In this document: one piece after another, positions 42,081 to 51,690 of the stretch
Position numbering within the stretch: the stretch's first letter is position 1
Layout: each line of letters opens with the position of its first letter
NCBI GenBank assembly: GCA_964549495.1
Contig: CAZJWJ010000002.1
Location: 28,559 to 92,558, forward strand
DNA from: an uncultured Anaerolineales bacterium
GTDB lineage: Bacteria; Chloroflexota; Anaerolineae; Epilineales; Epilineaceae
Direction of reading: 5' to 3'
DNA: 64,000 nt
Made by a program: the position numbers and the translations under genes
The notes under the pieces: model-generated
Database searches by the model: none
Told to the model about the DNA's origin: nothing
Seen by the model: only the letters and a program-made list of their open reading frames with translations

Positions 42081-42827
42081 GTGAGCCAGCAGCCGAGCCC
42101 CGTCGCCCTGGTGACCGGTAGCAGCCGCGGCCTGGGCCGTGCCATCGCCGAGCGCCTGGCGGCCGATGGCCATCGCCTGGTGATCAACTGCCGCTCGCGA
42201 AGCGAGGAGGCCGAGGCGGTGGTGGACGCGATCGTCCAGGCCGGCGGCGAAGCCTTCGCCGCGCAGGCCGACGTCACCGAGCCCGGCGAGGTCGAGGGCC
42301 TGGTCGAAGCGGCCCGAGAGCGTTTCGGTCGCATCGATGTCTTGGTCAACAATGCGGGGGTGACCCGCGACGGGCTCTTGATGCGCATGAAGGACGAGGA
42401 CTGGGACCTGGTGCTGGCCACCAACCTGCGAAGCGTATTCCTCGCCTCGCGCGCCGTGCTGCGGCCCATGATGCGACAGCGCGGGGGGCGCATCATCAAC
42501 ATCACCTCCATCGCCGGCTTGGATGGAAACTTCGGGCAGTGCAACTACGCCGCGGCCAAGGCCGGCATCGTCGGCTTCACCAAGAGCCTGGCCAAGGAAG
42601 CCGGCGCGCGAGGCATCACCGTCAATGCCGTGGCGCCGGGCTACGTGCCCACCGATCTGACCAGCGAATTGCCCGAGGAGCTCTTGGAACGGGCCCGCGA
42701 GGCCACACCGCTGGGCCGCCTGGGACAGAGCGCGGACGTGGCGGCAGCCGTGTCCTTCCTGGCCGGACCGGATGCAGCCTTCATCACGGGGCAGGTCCTG
42801 CGGGTCGACGGCGGGATGGTGCTCTAG
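42081..42827 (+). CDS. fabG: 3-oxoacyl-ACP reductase
   Basis: TGSSRGLG, NNAGVTRDGLLMRM, NYAAAK, ITGQVLRVDGG. Confidence 0.95.
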   Translation: MSQQPSPVALVTGSSRGLGRAIAERLAADGHRLVINCRSRSEEAEAVVDAIVQAGGEAFAAQADVTEPGEVEGLVEAARERFGRIDVLVNNAGVTRDGLLMRMKDEDWDLVLATNLRSVFLASRAVLRPMMRQRGGRIINITSIAGLDGNFGQCNYAAAKAGIVGFTKSLAKEAGARGITVNAVAPGYVPTDLTSELPEELLERAREATPLGRLGQSADVAAAVSFLAGPDAAFITGQVLRVDGGMVL

Positions 42828-42892
42828 GGCCCGCTCGGTCTCCGCGATCTCGCGGGCTGGGCGTCCGGGGCGATGGTCTTGGTGAGGAGAGC

Positions 42893-43510
42893 ATGAAGGG
42901 TCGTCGCCGCGCGCGCCAGCTGGCCTTGCAGGCGCTCTACGAGCTGGATCAGAGCCAGCACCCGGTCGCCGACGTCTTGGCCTGGCGCCTGGACGACTAC
43001 TATCGCAGCCTGCTGCGCAACCGGCCCCAAGGACCGACACCGGCCTCCCAGGTCGATGCCCTCATGGGCGCCGCCGACCTTCGACGCGATGCCGCGGCGC
43101 CCTTTTCGGCGCTGGATGCCGCAGACCTGGCCGGTCCGCGGGGGCTCGACGCGGCGACCTTGGAGGCCTTGCTGGAGATCCTGATCGCCCATCAGAAGCT
43201 CGGCGGCTACGCGGTGGCCTTGGTCCGTGGCGTGCTGGCCAACCGCGAGGCCATCGACAGAGCGATCGCGCGCATCGCCCCGGAATGGCCGGTGGATCAG
43301 ATCGCGCCGGTCGATCGCAACTGTCTGCGCATTGCGCTTTGGGAGATCGCCAGCGAGTCCGCGCCGACCCGGGTGGCCATCAACGAAGCGGTGGAGCTGG
43401 CCCGCAAGTTCAGCGGTGAAGGGGCACGGCGCATGGTCAACGGCGCCCTCGGCGCATTCACCCAGAGCGGGCAGTCGATCGAGATCGTCGGGCATGAGCG
43501 GGCCGGCTGA
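42893..43510 (+). CDS. nusB: Transcription antitermination factor NusB (with internal insertion)
   Basis: RRRARQLALQALYE, APEWPVDQIAPVDRNCLR, AINEAVELARKFS, MVNGALG; GAGGAG RBS. Confidence 0.9.
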   Translation: MKGRRRARQLALQALYELDQSQHPVADVLAWRLDDYYRSLLRNRPQGPTPASQVDALMGAADLRRDAAAPFSALDAADLAGPRGLDAATLEALLEILIAHQKLGGYAVALVRGVLANREAIDRAIARIAPEWPVDQIAPVDRNCLRIALWEIASESAPTRVAINEAVELARKFSGEGARRMVNGALGAFTQSGQSIEIVGHERAG

Positions 43511-44219
43511 GCCGGATCCGGAGCTTCGCGCGGTCTTGGCCGAGCGCCTGGCCGGCATCCGCCGGCGCATGGAGGAAGCCGCCCGGCGGGCTGGGCGCGA
43601 TCCGGCGCTGCCGCGGTTGGTGGTGGTCAGCAAGACGGCCACCGCCGTGCAGGCCGCGGCTGCGGTGATGGCCGGTGCCGATCATCTGGGCGAGAATCGG
43701 ATCCAGGACGCGCTGCCGCGGATCGAGGCCTTGTCGGCCTTGGGCTTGCAGCCCACCTGGCACATGATCGGCCACCTGCAGCGGAACAAGGTGCGCTCCG
43801 CCCTGGAGGGCTTCGACCGCATCGACAGCATCGACAGCCTGCGGCTGGCCCGACGGGTCGATCGCTTGGCCGCCGATCTGGGTCGGACCGTTCCCCTGCT
43901 GTTGCAGGTCAACGCCTCGGAGGATCCGGCCAAGCACGGCATCCTCCCCGAGGACCTGCCGGAGCTTGCTGGTCGGGTGGCCGCGCTGCGAAACTTGCGG
44001 ATCGAGGGCTTGATGACCATCCTATTCCAGACCCGGGACGAGGCCCGGTTGCGCGCCGACTTCGCGCGGATGCGCAATCTGCGGGATCGCATGCGACGAG
44101 CGCATCCCGGCCTTTCTTGGGAGGTCCTGTCGATGGGCATGACCGCCGACTTCGAGTTGGCCATCGAAGAGGGGGCTACCGAGGTGCGCGTAGGCCGTGC
44201 GATCTTCGAGGACCTGTGA
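43494..44219 (+). CDS. yggS: PLP homeostasis protein YggS/PLPBP
   Basis: LVVVSK, LGENRIQD, WHMIGHLQRNK, LSMGMTADFELAIEEGATEVRVG. Confidence 0.95.
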   Translation: MSGPAEPDPELRAVLAERLAGIRRRMEEAARRAGRDPALPRLVVVSKTATAVQAAAAVMAGADHLGENRIQDALPRIEALSALGLQPTWHMIGHLQRNKVRSALEGFDRIDSIDSLRLARRVDRLAADLGRTVPLLLQVNASEDPAKHGILPEDLPELAGRVAALRNLRIEGLMTILFQTRDEARLRADFARMRNLRDRMRRAHPGLSWEVLSMGMTADFELAIEEGATEVRVGRAIFEDL

Positions 44220-44244
44220 TCCAACCAGCGAATATGGAGGCTGG

Positions 44245-44547
44245 ATGAACGCGCTATTCTGTCCACTGCTCAGCTTGCTCTCCTTCTTGGCGGGCTTTCT
44301 GAACCTCGCGATCCTGATCCGCGTGCTGCTCTCCTGGGTCGATCAGAATCCCTACCCGGACAGCCGGTGGAAGGAGCTGCTCTACCAAGTTACCGATCCC
44401 ATCCTGGAGCCCCTGCGCCGCAACATCCCCCCGATGGGGATGTTCGACATCTCGCCCATCGTCGCATTCTTGATCCTGGGTGTGATCGTACAGGTCGTCC
44501 GCGAACTCCAGCTCTCCTCCGGCTGCATCTTCACCTTCGGATTCTGA
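44245..44547 (+). CDS. yggT: YggT family membrane protein
   Basis: ILIRVLLSWV, TDPILEPLRRNIPPMGMFDISPIV; GGAGG RBS. Confidence 0.92.
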   Translation: MNALFCPLLSLLSFLAGFLNLAILIRVLLSWVDQNPYPDSRWKELLYQVTDPILEPLRRNIPPMGMFDISPIVAFLILGVIVQVVRELQLSSGCIFTFGF

Positions 44548-44624
44548 GCCTTGCCCGGCCGCTCTGGGCCGGCGGCGGGCTCGCGATCCGCTCGCGTATG
44601 CACTCCGGGCCTGAGTCGCATCGG

Positions 44625-44972
44625 TCAGCTCCCCGCGGCCGGCCGATCCGCTCCCTCCGGTGGCCGCAGGACGTAGCCCACGCTGCGCACGGTATGGATC
44701 AGACGCGGCTGGTCGTCCGACTCGATCTTCTGGCGCAACCAGTGGACGTGCACCTCGAGCGTGCGCGTGTCGGCCACGTAGTCGGTGAGCCAGACTTCCT
44801 TCATCAGGAACTGCCGGCTTAGGACCTGGCCGGCGTGCGTCAGGAAGACCTCGAGCAGCCGGCATTCCTTGGGTGTGAGGTGGTGCTCCGAGCGCCCGCA
44901 GTGCAAGCGGCGCGCGTCTCGATCGAGCGAGACATGTGCGCAGGAGAGGGGCTCTTCGGCCGCCGTGTCCAC
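44625..44972 (-). CDS. Stand-alone OmpR/PhoB-type winged-helix DNA-binding domain
   Basis: LTPKECRLL, VLSRQFLMKEVW, RTLEVHVHWLRQKIE, IHTVRSVGY; no receiver domain; start GTG 44972 uncertain. Confidence 0.75.
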   Translation of the reverse strand: MDTAAEEPLSCAHVSLDRDARRLHCGRSEHHLTPKECRLLEVFLTHAGQVLSRQFLMKEVWLTDYVADTRTLEVHVHWLRQKIESDDQPRLIHTVRSVGYVLRPPEGADRPAAGS

Positions 44973-44977
44973 GGAAC

Positions 44978-45676
44978 TCAGGCGTGGAGGATGCGACCGC
45001 AGCCGCGGCAATAACACAGTTCGCGGCTCCCGCGAATCCCGTGTCGTTCCTCGATGGGCAACTCCATGCCGCAGACTCCGCAGGCATCGCCCCGCACCGG
45101 GCTGACCGCGCGTCCGGACTTCTGAGCGATCAGCCGATCATAAGTCGCTAGATCTGCCGGGGCCACGGCCTCTCGAAGCTTGGCTCGCTGCAATCGCAGC
45201 GCCTTGGCGGCCGAGTCGAGCTTCTTCAGTTCGCTGCTGAGGGCGCGCTGCTGTTGATCCTGGCGTGCCTCCAGATTCTCCAGCGCGTGCTGGGCGCCGT
45301 CCTTTCGCTCGACAGCTTGGTCCCGGCGCAGCATCAAGTCCAGGGTCTGGTCGTCGAGTTGCGCTAGGCGACGCTCGAGCGATTCCACCTCGAGCTGCAG
45401 GTTCTGGACCTCGCGGGCACCCTTGACCTTGCCGCCGTACATGGCCTGCTTGTCGGCCTCGATCCTGGCCTTGACCTTCTCGCGCTCGTCGCGGCTGGTC
45501 TGTAGCTCGCGTTGTAGCGAGTCCAAGGCCAGCTGGCTCTCTTCGAGCTCTTCTCGAGCCTCGCGAATGGCCTTGCCGCCGCGGAGGGCGGCTTGCACCT
45601 TCTCGCGCTTGGCCGCGATGGCAGCGGCCGTGCTGTCATTCTGCTGGAGTTGGTGGAGCAGTTGGGAGCGCGACAT
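44978..45676 (-). CDS. Coiled-coil protein with C4 zinc ribbon (CT398/DUF164-like)
   Basis: Long coiled coil then CGVCGMEL...CRGCGRIL. Confidence 0.88.
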   Translation of the reverse strand: MSRSQLLHQLQQNDSTAAAIAAKREKVQAALRGGKAIREAREELEESQLALDSLQRELQTSRDEREKVKARIEADKQAMYGGKVKGAREVQNLQLEVESLERRLAQLDDQTLDLMLRRDQAVERKDGAQHALENLEARQDQQQRALSSELKKLDSAAKALRLQRAKLREAVAPADLATYDRLIAQKSGRAVSPVRGDACGVCGMELPIEERHGIRGSRELCYCRGCGRILHA

Positions 45677-45834
45677 GGCGGGGCTTTCGGTGGCGGCCGG
45701 CGCCAGGGTCCGGCCGAGGCTGGCGGCGAATTGTACCGAAGGGCCATGGCCGGCGCAATCGCGCCGAGGAGGGATGGCTCCGGATGGGCTCGGCCGGGCT
45801 TGGGCGATCGCGCGGCGGGGGCTACCATCCGGAT

Positions 45835-46011
45835 ATGCAGCCATTCGATCCCCGCGAGCCCCAGGAGCTCGACCACAGCGGACGAGGCGGCGGCCGCTTG
45901 GGCGACCTGGCCGCCATCGCGCTGGCGACGATCACCGTGATCATGGTCTTGACCGCGCTGGCCGACGATATCTATCGGCTCTACCTGGCCATATTCGTCG
46001 GGGCGCGCTGA
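45835..46011 (+). CDS. Small single-TM protein (58 aa)
   Basis: MQPFDPREPQ...LGDLAAIALATITVIMVLTALADDIYRLYLAIF; TACCAT -10 lies 6 nt upstream of ATG. Confidence 0.55.
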   Translation: MQPFDPREPQELDHSGRGGGRLGDLAAIALATITVIMVLTALADDIYRLYLAIFVGAR

Positions 46012-46089
46012 GTTCCGCTTGTCCGGCCGGAGTTGGCGGGCTATCGTCCAGGGGCCCGGTGCCGACCTTCGATCTCGGAGGTCGCCAGC

Positions 46090-46878
46090 GTGTTCGATCC
46101 CTTCAGCCGATGGCGAAGCATCCCTTGGTTGCGCGCCCTATCCGACTTGGTCTATCCGCCGCGCTGCCTTGCCGATAGCTGTGGCCGGCCCGGAGCCTGG
46201 CTCTGCAGCCCATGCGCCGCAGGCGTAGAGCGCCTGCGGCCACCGCTTTGTCCGCGCTGCGCCTTGCCGGCAGCGACCACCGGCGAGGCCGATGGATGCC
46301 CCGACTGCCTGCGCGCTCCACCGGCCTTCGATCGCTGCTTCGCTGCCGCGAGCTACGCACCCCCGGTGGATGCTCTGATCCGCGCCATGAAGTACCGCCG
46401 CGCCGCCGCCGCGGCCGGCCCTCTCGCGCGGCTGCTGGAGGAGGCGATCGGGGATCCTCGGCCGGGAATCGATGGGCTGTTGGCCGTACCCTCCCATCGC
46501 TCGCGCATCGCCGAGCGGGGACTGGACCACGCCGGCTGCTTGGCCGAGGCCTTGGCCGATGGACTCGGAATGCCCCTGGCCCGCAACCTGCTGGAGCGAA
46601 GCCGGGCCACCGGACGCCAGGTCGGGCGGAGCGCTCGGCAGCGTGTGGCCAACGTGGCCGATGCCTTCGTGCTGCCGCGGGGATCCGGGATGTGGCGGGG
46701 CCGGCACCTATTGCTGGTCGATGACGTGATGACCACCGGAGCCACCGCCGGACAAGCCGCCGCGGCCTTGTTGGAGGCCGGCGTGGACCGGGTCAGCGTG
46801 GCAGTGGTCGCGCGTGCGCTGCCACCCGAGCAGCGAGCCGGCCCGGGAATTGACCGGCCTGCGGCCGGCTCACTATAA
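46090..46878 (+). CDS. comF: ComF family protein (zinc ribbon plus PRTase-like)
   Basis: YPPRCL..C, CSPC, CPRC, CPDC; ERGLDHA; LLVDDVMTTGAT. Start uncertain. Confidence 0.9.
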   Translation: MFDPFSRWRSIPWLRALSDLVYPPRCLADSCGRPGAWLCSPCAAGVERLRPPLCPRCALPAATTGEADGCPDCLRAPPAFDRCFAAASYAPPVDALIRAMKYRRAAAAAGPLARLLEEAIGDPRPGIDGLLAVPSHRSRIAERGLDHAGCLAEALADGLGMPLARNLLERSRATGRQVGRSARQRVANVADAFVLPRGSGMWRGRHLLLVDDVMTTGATAGQAAAALLEAGVDRVSVAVVARALPPEQRAGPGIDRPAAGSL

Positions 46879-46879
46879 T
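46850..46879 (+). promoter_or_regulatory. sigma70 promoter TTGACC-N18-TATAAT for hpf
   Basis: Consensus -10 at 46874-46879, inside the comF 3' end. Confidence 0.7.
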
Positions 46880-46954
46880 CGTCCTTCCCGATCGGCCGGG
46901 ACGAGAAGCCGATACCGAATCCAAACCGCCGGCATGATTGAAGCGAGGATAAGC

Positions 46955-47500
46955 ATGGAGATCGAGCTGCTCGGGCGCCACGTCGAGCTCAGCGATAAGG
47001 TCCGGGACTATGTCGACAAGAAGATCGGTCGCCTCGACCGCTATCTGCCCGACATCAAGGCCACGCGCGTAGAGCTGTCACACGGTATCCGGCGGAGCCG
47101 CGGCGAGATCTACAAGGCACAGATCACCATCTGGGTGGACTCGGCCGTCCTGCGCGCCGAGGAGATGGAGGACGATCTCTTCGCCGCCATCGACCTGGCC
47201 AGCGACAAGCTGCATCGTCAGATCGAGCGATTCCGTGGCAAGCGCCTGGATCGCTGGCACGAGGGTGAGCCCCCGCCCCATCCGGAGCCGGTCCTCGTAA
47301 GTGAGTCGGAGGATCGTGGCGGCGTGGTGCGGCGCAAGCGCTTTGCCATGCATCCCATGGACGAGCTGGAGGCCATCGAGCAACTGGATCTGCTCGGCCA
47401 CGACTTCTACCTCTTCATGAACGGCGAGAGCGGCGAGGTCAACGTCATCTACCGCCGCAAGGACGGCGGCTACGGCTTGATCGAGCCGGTCTTGGCTTGA
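46955..47500 (+). CDS. hpf: Ribosome hibernation promoting factor (long HPF)
   Basis: VRDYVDKKIGRLDRY, DLFAAID, RQIERF; C-terminal PMDELEAIEQLDLLGHDFYLF...VIYRRKDGGYGLI. Confidence 0.95.
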   Translation: MEIELLGRHVELSDKVRDYVDKKIGRLDRYLPDIKATRVELSHGIRRSRGEIYKAQITIWVDSAVLRAEEMEDDLFAAIDLASDKLHRQIERFRGKRLDRWHEGEPPPHPEPVLVSESEDRGGVVRRKRFAMHPMDELEAIEQLDLLGHDFYLFMNGESGEVNVIYRRKDGGYGLIEPVLA

Positions 47501-47970
47501 GCCAGTCGCAGCGCCCCCGTCACATCCTGGTCGTCTGTACCGCCAATCAATGCCGCTCGCCGATGGCCGAGGGCCTGATCCGGGCCCGGCTCGCGGCGGA
47601 GTCGCGCCGGGACGTCGAGGTGGCCTCGGCCGGCACCTGGGCCCGGCCGGGCATCCCTGCCACCGACCACGCTCGGGCCACGATGGCCGAACGGGGCATC
47701 GACATCGGGGCCCATCGCTCGCGTGAGCTGAGCCGCGAGATACTCGAGCGAGCCGACCTGGTCCTGGTCATGACCCGCTCGCATCGAGAAGGCATCCTGG
47801 CCGAGTTCCCGGACGTCGCCTCGCGCCTGCACCTGATCAGCAGCCTCGAGGGCGGGGACTGGGATCTGGTCGACCCGGTCGGCCAGCCGATGGAGGCCTA
47901 CCGGGCCACCGCGCGCGAGCTGGACGGCTTGATCGGCGCCGGTTGGGAATCCCTGATCGGATCGGCATAG
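47497..47970 (+). CDS. Low-molecular-weight protein Tyr/Arg phosphatase
   Basis: VCTANQCRSPMAE P-loop, ADLVLVM, DLVDPVG; TTGA overlap with hpf stop. Confidence 0.88.
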   Translation: MSQSQRPRHILVVCTANQCRSPMAEGLIRARLAAESRRDVEVASAGTWARPGIPATDHARATMAERGIDIGAHRSRELSREILERADLVLVMTRSHREGILAEFPDVASRLHLISSLEGGDWDLVDPVGQPMEAYRATARELDGLIGAGWESLIGSA

Positions 47971-48006
47971 GAGCGCGCCACCTCCGAGATTCGCAGCGGT
48001 GGTGCA

Positions 48007-48774
48007 TCAGGCCTCGGACCGAGACCGAAACATCCGCCAGAGCACCCGCAGCTCGAATCGGGCCATTCGCAAGGCCAATTCGAGCCCCAGCAGGCCGTCG
48101 CGCCAGCCCTCCAGGCCGACGAAGCGGCGCCAGGCCTCGCGAGCCGGTTGCAGCAGGAAGTTGCGCGGCCGCAGGCGCCAGCCCTCGGCCAGCCTGCGGC
48201 GGGCCTCCAGCCCGGCATAGGCGCGTTGCTTGGCCTCGAACTCGTCGCGCCGCTCGTAGTTGATGTGCAGCAAGGGCGATTCGAGCAGGCCTTCGCGGCC
48301 GTCGACCTCGGCCCGCTCGTGTACCGCCCGATCTGGGTCGTAGCGAGCGCGTTCGGGCCGCAGGAGCCTTAGCTGCCGGTCGGGCCACCAGCCGCCACCG
48401 GAGAGCTCGCGGCCGAAGACGCGATTGCGCCGCGGGATCCACCAGGCCGCGTAGTCCTCGCTGCCGGCCCGCGCCCGGATCTCGGCGGCCAGCTCCGGCG
48501 TCACGCGCTCGTCGGCATCGACGAAGAGCAGCCAGGGGCTGTCGACCAGACCCAGGGCGTATTGCCGCTGTCGCGAGTAATTCTCGAAGTCGTGATGGAC
48601 GAGCTCGGCGCCGGTCTCGCGCGCGATCCGCGGTGTGGCATCCCGGCTGCCCGAATCCAGCACCAGCAGGCGGTCGCACCAGGCCAGGCTGGCCAGACAA
48701 TCCGGCAGGTGACGCTCCTCGTCGAGGGTCAAGACCACCGCCGTGATGGCCGGCCCCTCGAGACTAGCGTTCAC
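48007..48774 (-). CDS. Glycosyltransferase family 2 (WaaE/KdtX-like)
   Basis: VVLTLDEE, LDSGSRDAT, LFVDADE, WWPDRQLRL. Confidence 0.9.
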   Translation of the reverse strand: MNASLEGPAITAVVLTLDEERHLPDCLASLAWCDRLLVLDSGSRDATPRIARETGAELVHHDFENYSRQRQYALGLVDSPWLLFVDADERVTPELAAEIRARAGSEDYAAWWIPRRNRVFGRELSGGGWWPDRQLRLLRPERARYDPDRAVHERAEVDGREGLLESPLLHINYERRDEFEAKQRAYAGLEARRRLAEGWRLRPRNFLLQPAREAWRRFVGLEGWRDGLLGLELALRMARFELRVLWRMFRSRSEA

Positions 48775-49765
48775 GAACCCGTCCGCGTCGCCATCCGCGC
48801 AGCTCCGGCTCCAGCGGGCGCAAGACCACGCGATAGGCGGTGACGCGGTCGGCCAGGTCGCCCGCGTCGATGCGACCCCGCCGCGCGGCCCACCAGTCGC
48901 CCAGCGCCCGCCAGGCCAGGCCGAGGCGGATCAGCCCTTCGATCAGCAGGCGCCGCCAGGCCGGCGCGTGGATCGCGAAGTAGCGCCGGCGGCTGCGCCA
49001 GAGGTTGATGAAGGCCGCAGATCGAAAGGCCGGCTGTCCGGTCGAGGCGCCGGCGTGGTGCTGGACTCGCGCCGCGGGCACGCAGAGGCGTCGCCAACCA
49101 GCCTCTGCCGCGCGCCGGCACCAGTCGATCTCCTCGCAGTACATGAAGTAGCCCTCGTCCAGCGCGCCCAGCTGGCGAAGCGCCCGCCCGCGGATCAGCA
49201 TGCAGGCGCCCAGCACGAAGTCCACCTCGAAGGGTGCGCCCTCGGCATATCGGGCGCGGGGGTAGCGGCCGTTGATGGACCGATCCTGCAGGCGCCCGAT
49301 CGGAAAGAGGTCCAAGGCCGTCTGCAAGAGGCCCGGAAAGCGGAAGGCCGCATGTTGAAAGCGGCCATCCGGATAGTAGAGGCTCGGTCCGACCACCGCC
49401 ACGTCCGGCGCCCCGGCCAGCACCTCCAACATGGCCGCCAGCGCGCCGGGCTCGAGCGCCGCATCCGGGTTCAACAGCAGCACCCGATCCGGGCAGCCGG
49501 CCTCCGCGCGCGACCAGGGCTCGAGGATCAGGTTGTTGGCCGTGGTGAAGCCGTGGTTGCAGTCCTCGGCCCGCAGTCGCAGCGTCGGAAAGTCTCGCGC
49601 GACCATCTCCGCCGAGCCGTCGGCCGAGTCGTTGTCGACCACCCAGACCTCGGCATCCAGGCCCAGGCGCTCGATCTCGTCCCGCAGGCTGTTCAGGCAC
49701 GCCGCCAGCAGCTCGCGGGTGTTGTAGCTGACCACCACGGCCCCGAGCGTCGCCGACCGGCTCAC
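48764..49765 (-). CDS. Glycosyltransferase family 2 (WbbL-like)
   Basis: VVVSYNT, VVDNDSADGS, LLLNPDA, GACMLIR, YFMYCEEIDWC. Confidence 0.9.
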   Translation of the reverse strand: MSRSATLGAVVVSYNTRELLAACLNSLRDEIERLGLDAEVWVVDNDSADGSAEMVARDFPTLRLRAEDCNHGFTTANNLILEPWSRAEAGCPDRVLLLNPDAALEPGALAAMLEVLAGAPDVAVVGPSLYYPDGRFQHAAFRFPGLLQTALDLFPIGRLQDRSINGRYPRARYAEGAPFEVDFVLGACMLIRGRALRQLGALDEGYFMYCEEIDWCRRAAEAGWRRLCVPAARVQHHAGASTGQPAFRSAAFINLWRSRRRYFAIHAPAWRRLLIEGLIRLGLAWRALGDWWAARRGRIDAGDLADRVTAYRVVLRPLEPELRGWRRGRVRER

Positions 49766-51405
49766 GGGGACTCGACCTGGATGCGGGTCGGGTCGTAGGG
49801 GCCCTGGATGCTCCGCACGTCCTCGTGCTCCAAGGCCAGGTAGATGGTCGAGCTGCGCCGGAAGGGCGGCTCGTCGAAGCGGAGGCCGCCCCAGACCGGG
49901 CGCAGCGCGCCCGGCGGCAGGCAGAGGTAGAGCCGCTGGCCGGCATCGCAGACGTCCAGCCGGGCCGTGGGCCCCAACTGCCAGCGCCAGGGATAGCCCA
50001 GATCGGTCCGCTTCTCGTCATACTCCAAGCCCAAGCGCATCGCGCCGGGACTCCGGGCCCAGCTGCGCTCGACCTCGCCGCCGGTCGGCAGGCCCTCGAA
50101 GCAGAAGCGGCCGTCCTCCGCGACCTCGGCCGCCCGGCCCCGGTCGCCATCCATGAAGAAGAGAAAGGCTTCGGCCTCGGTGGCTGCTCGTCCGTCGACG
50201 GTCAGCCGTCCGCAGACATCCCTGACCGACGTCCCATCGCCCGCCTCGTCGTCGTCGCCCAGACGCAGACTCGTTGCGTATTCCTCCGGCTCCTCGAGGG
50301 CGATCGAACCCAGGTCGAGCCGGCCGTCGGGCGCCTCCGATCGCGCCATCACGCGGGCGCTCACCGCCCGATAGTCATCCTGGTCGGGCCGGCCGCGCCG
50401 CGCCAGCAAGAGCCAGGCCATCGGCGCTGTTTGGTTGAAGCTCTCGCGGTTGCCGTAGACGAAGCCCGGCTCCGGGCCGAAGCTCCGCAGCGGTGTGTCG
50501 CCGCTGTTCTCGACCGTGGTGGTGAACCACAGGGTCTGGCCCAGCTCGACCACGCTGTCGCTCCACTCGACATCGCCCAGTAGGTTGGCGATGACCAGCC
50601 CCCGATCTTGGATCCGCAGCTCGGTCTCCTCCCGGGTCAGGTTGCCGCTGGCGTCGCGGGCCTCGACGATGATGCGATAGTCGCCGTCCGGCGGGGGTTC
50701 GGCGCCGGCGTCGATCCCGGCATCGAAGTCGTACTGATGGGGCCCCGGCTCACCGGCATGCCGCGCCGAGTCCACCGTCTCGAGGATGTCGGTGACGTGG
50801 TCGCCATCCGCCTCGGCCAGCCACACCCGGACCTCGGCCGGCTCGCTGAGGCGATAGCTGATCGTGACCCGGTCGCCCAGTCCATCCTGGTTGGGGCTGA
50901 AGACCTCCGGCTGCACGGCCAGGCCCTCGATGCGCGGCGGATCGACATCGCCGCCCCGTACCTCCAAGCTGCGCTCGACGACCTGGGGCTCGGCCTGGCC
51001 GGCCGGCTCGCCATCCACGGGTCGCGGACGTGCCGTCAGGCGCACGGTGTAGCGATCGTCGGGCAGCATCCGCCCGTCGATGACGCCGCCGAAGAGGGCC
51101 TCGTAGTCGCCGGCCGATCGGCGGCGCGCCTCGCGCAGCACATGCACCTCACCATCCGAGCCGATCAGCTCGATGTCCAGCAGCGCCGGCCGGCCGATGC
51201 GATAGGCGATCCGGGCCACGTCCACCTGGCCGTCCATGTCCGGCGTGATCCGATCGGGCTCGATGACGACCTGCGAGAGCAAGGGCTCCGGAGCGCAGGC
51301 GCCCAGTACAAGCAGGATGGCCAGTCCGGCGGCGGAGCGCAGGATCGCACGGAGGCCGGGCTGAATGCAGGTCCGCTGCAGGCTGGAAGGCTGGTCGATG
51401 CTCAT
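49762..51405 (-). CDS. Putative lipoprotein with two FlgD-like Ig modules
   Basis: Lipobox-like LVLGAC; ITPDMDGQVD and FSPNQDGLGD repeats followed by YRI/YRL...DG.Y. Start uncertain. Confidence 0.65.
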   Translation of the reverse strand: MSIDQPSSLQRTCIQPGLRAILRSAAGLAILLVLGACAPEPLLSQVVIEPDRITPDMDGQVDVARIAYRIGRPALLDIELIGSDGEVHVLREARRRSAGDYEALFGGVIDGRMLPDDRYTVRLTARPRPVDGEPAGQAEPQVVERSLEVRGGDVDPPRIEGLAVQPEVFSPNQDGLGDRVTISYRLSEPAEVRVWLAEADGDHVTDILETVDSARHAGEPGPHQYDFDAGIDAGAEPPPDGDYRIIVEARDASGNLTREETELRIQDRGLVIANLLGDVEWSDSVVELGQTLWFTTTVENSGDTPLRSFGPEPGFVYGNRESFNQTAPMAWLLLARRGRPDQDDYRAVSARVMARSEAPDGRLDLGSIALEEPEEYATSLRLGDDDEAGDGTSVRDVCGRLTVDGRAATEAEAFLFFMDGDRGRAAEVAEDGRFCFEGLPTGGEVERSWARSPGAMRLGLEYDEKRTDLGYPWRWQLGPTARLDVCDAGQRLYLCLPPGALRPVWGGLRFDEPPFRRSSTIYLALEHEDVRSIQGPYDPTRIQVESP

Positions 51406-51690
51406 GGGTCTGGGGTCGAGTGTCCGGGATCGGGGCTTGCTCGAAGCGAGAACGGCACCTCGCGAGGGAGACGTCCGGCCGATCGCCATGGCCGAGGAAT
51501 GTCGCAGTGTAGCCTAGCGAAAATGGGCTCACAAGCGCCGTGGCCGCGAGCTGGGGAGGCTCGGGACTTGATGCCGCGCTCCGCGGGACGCACAATCCTC
51601 GCCCGATCGCTCGCATCTATGCCATCGAGTCACGGCGGTCGAAGCCTGGTGATCCATCGCTCGACAGCCCTTCTCCGGGACAAGACCCTC

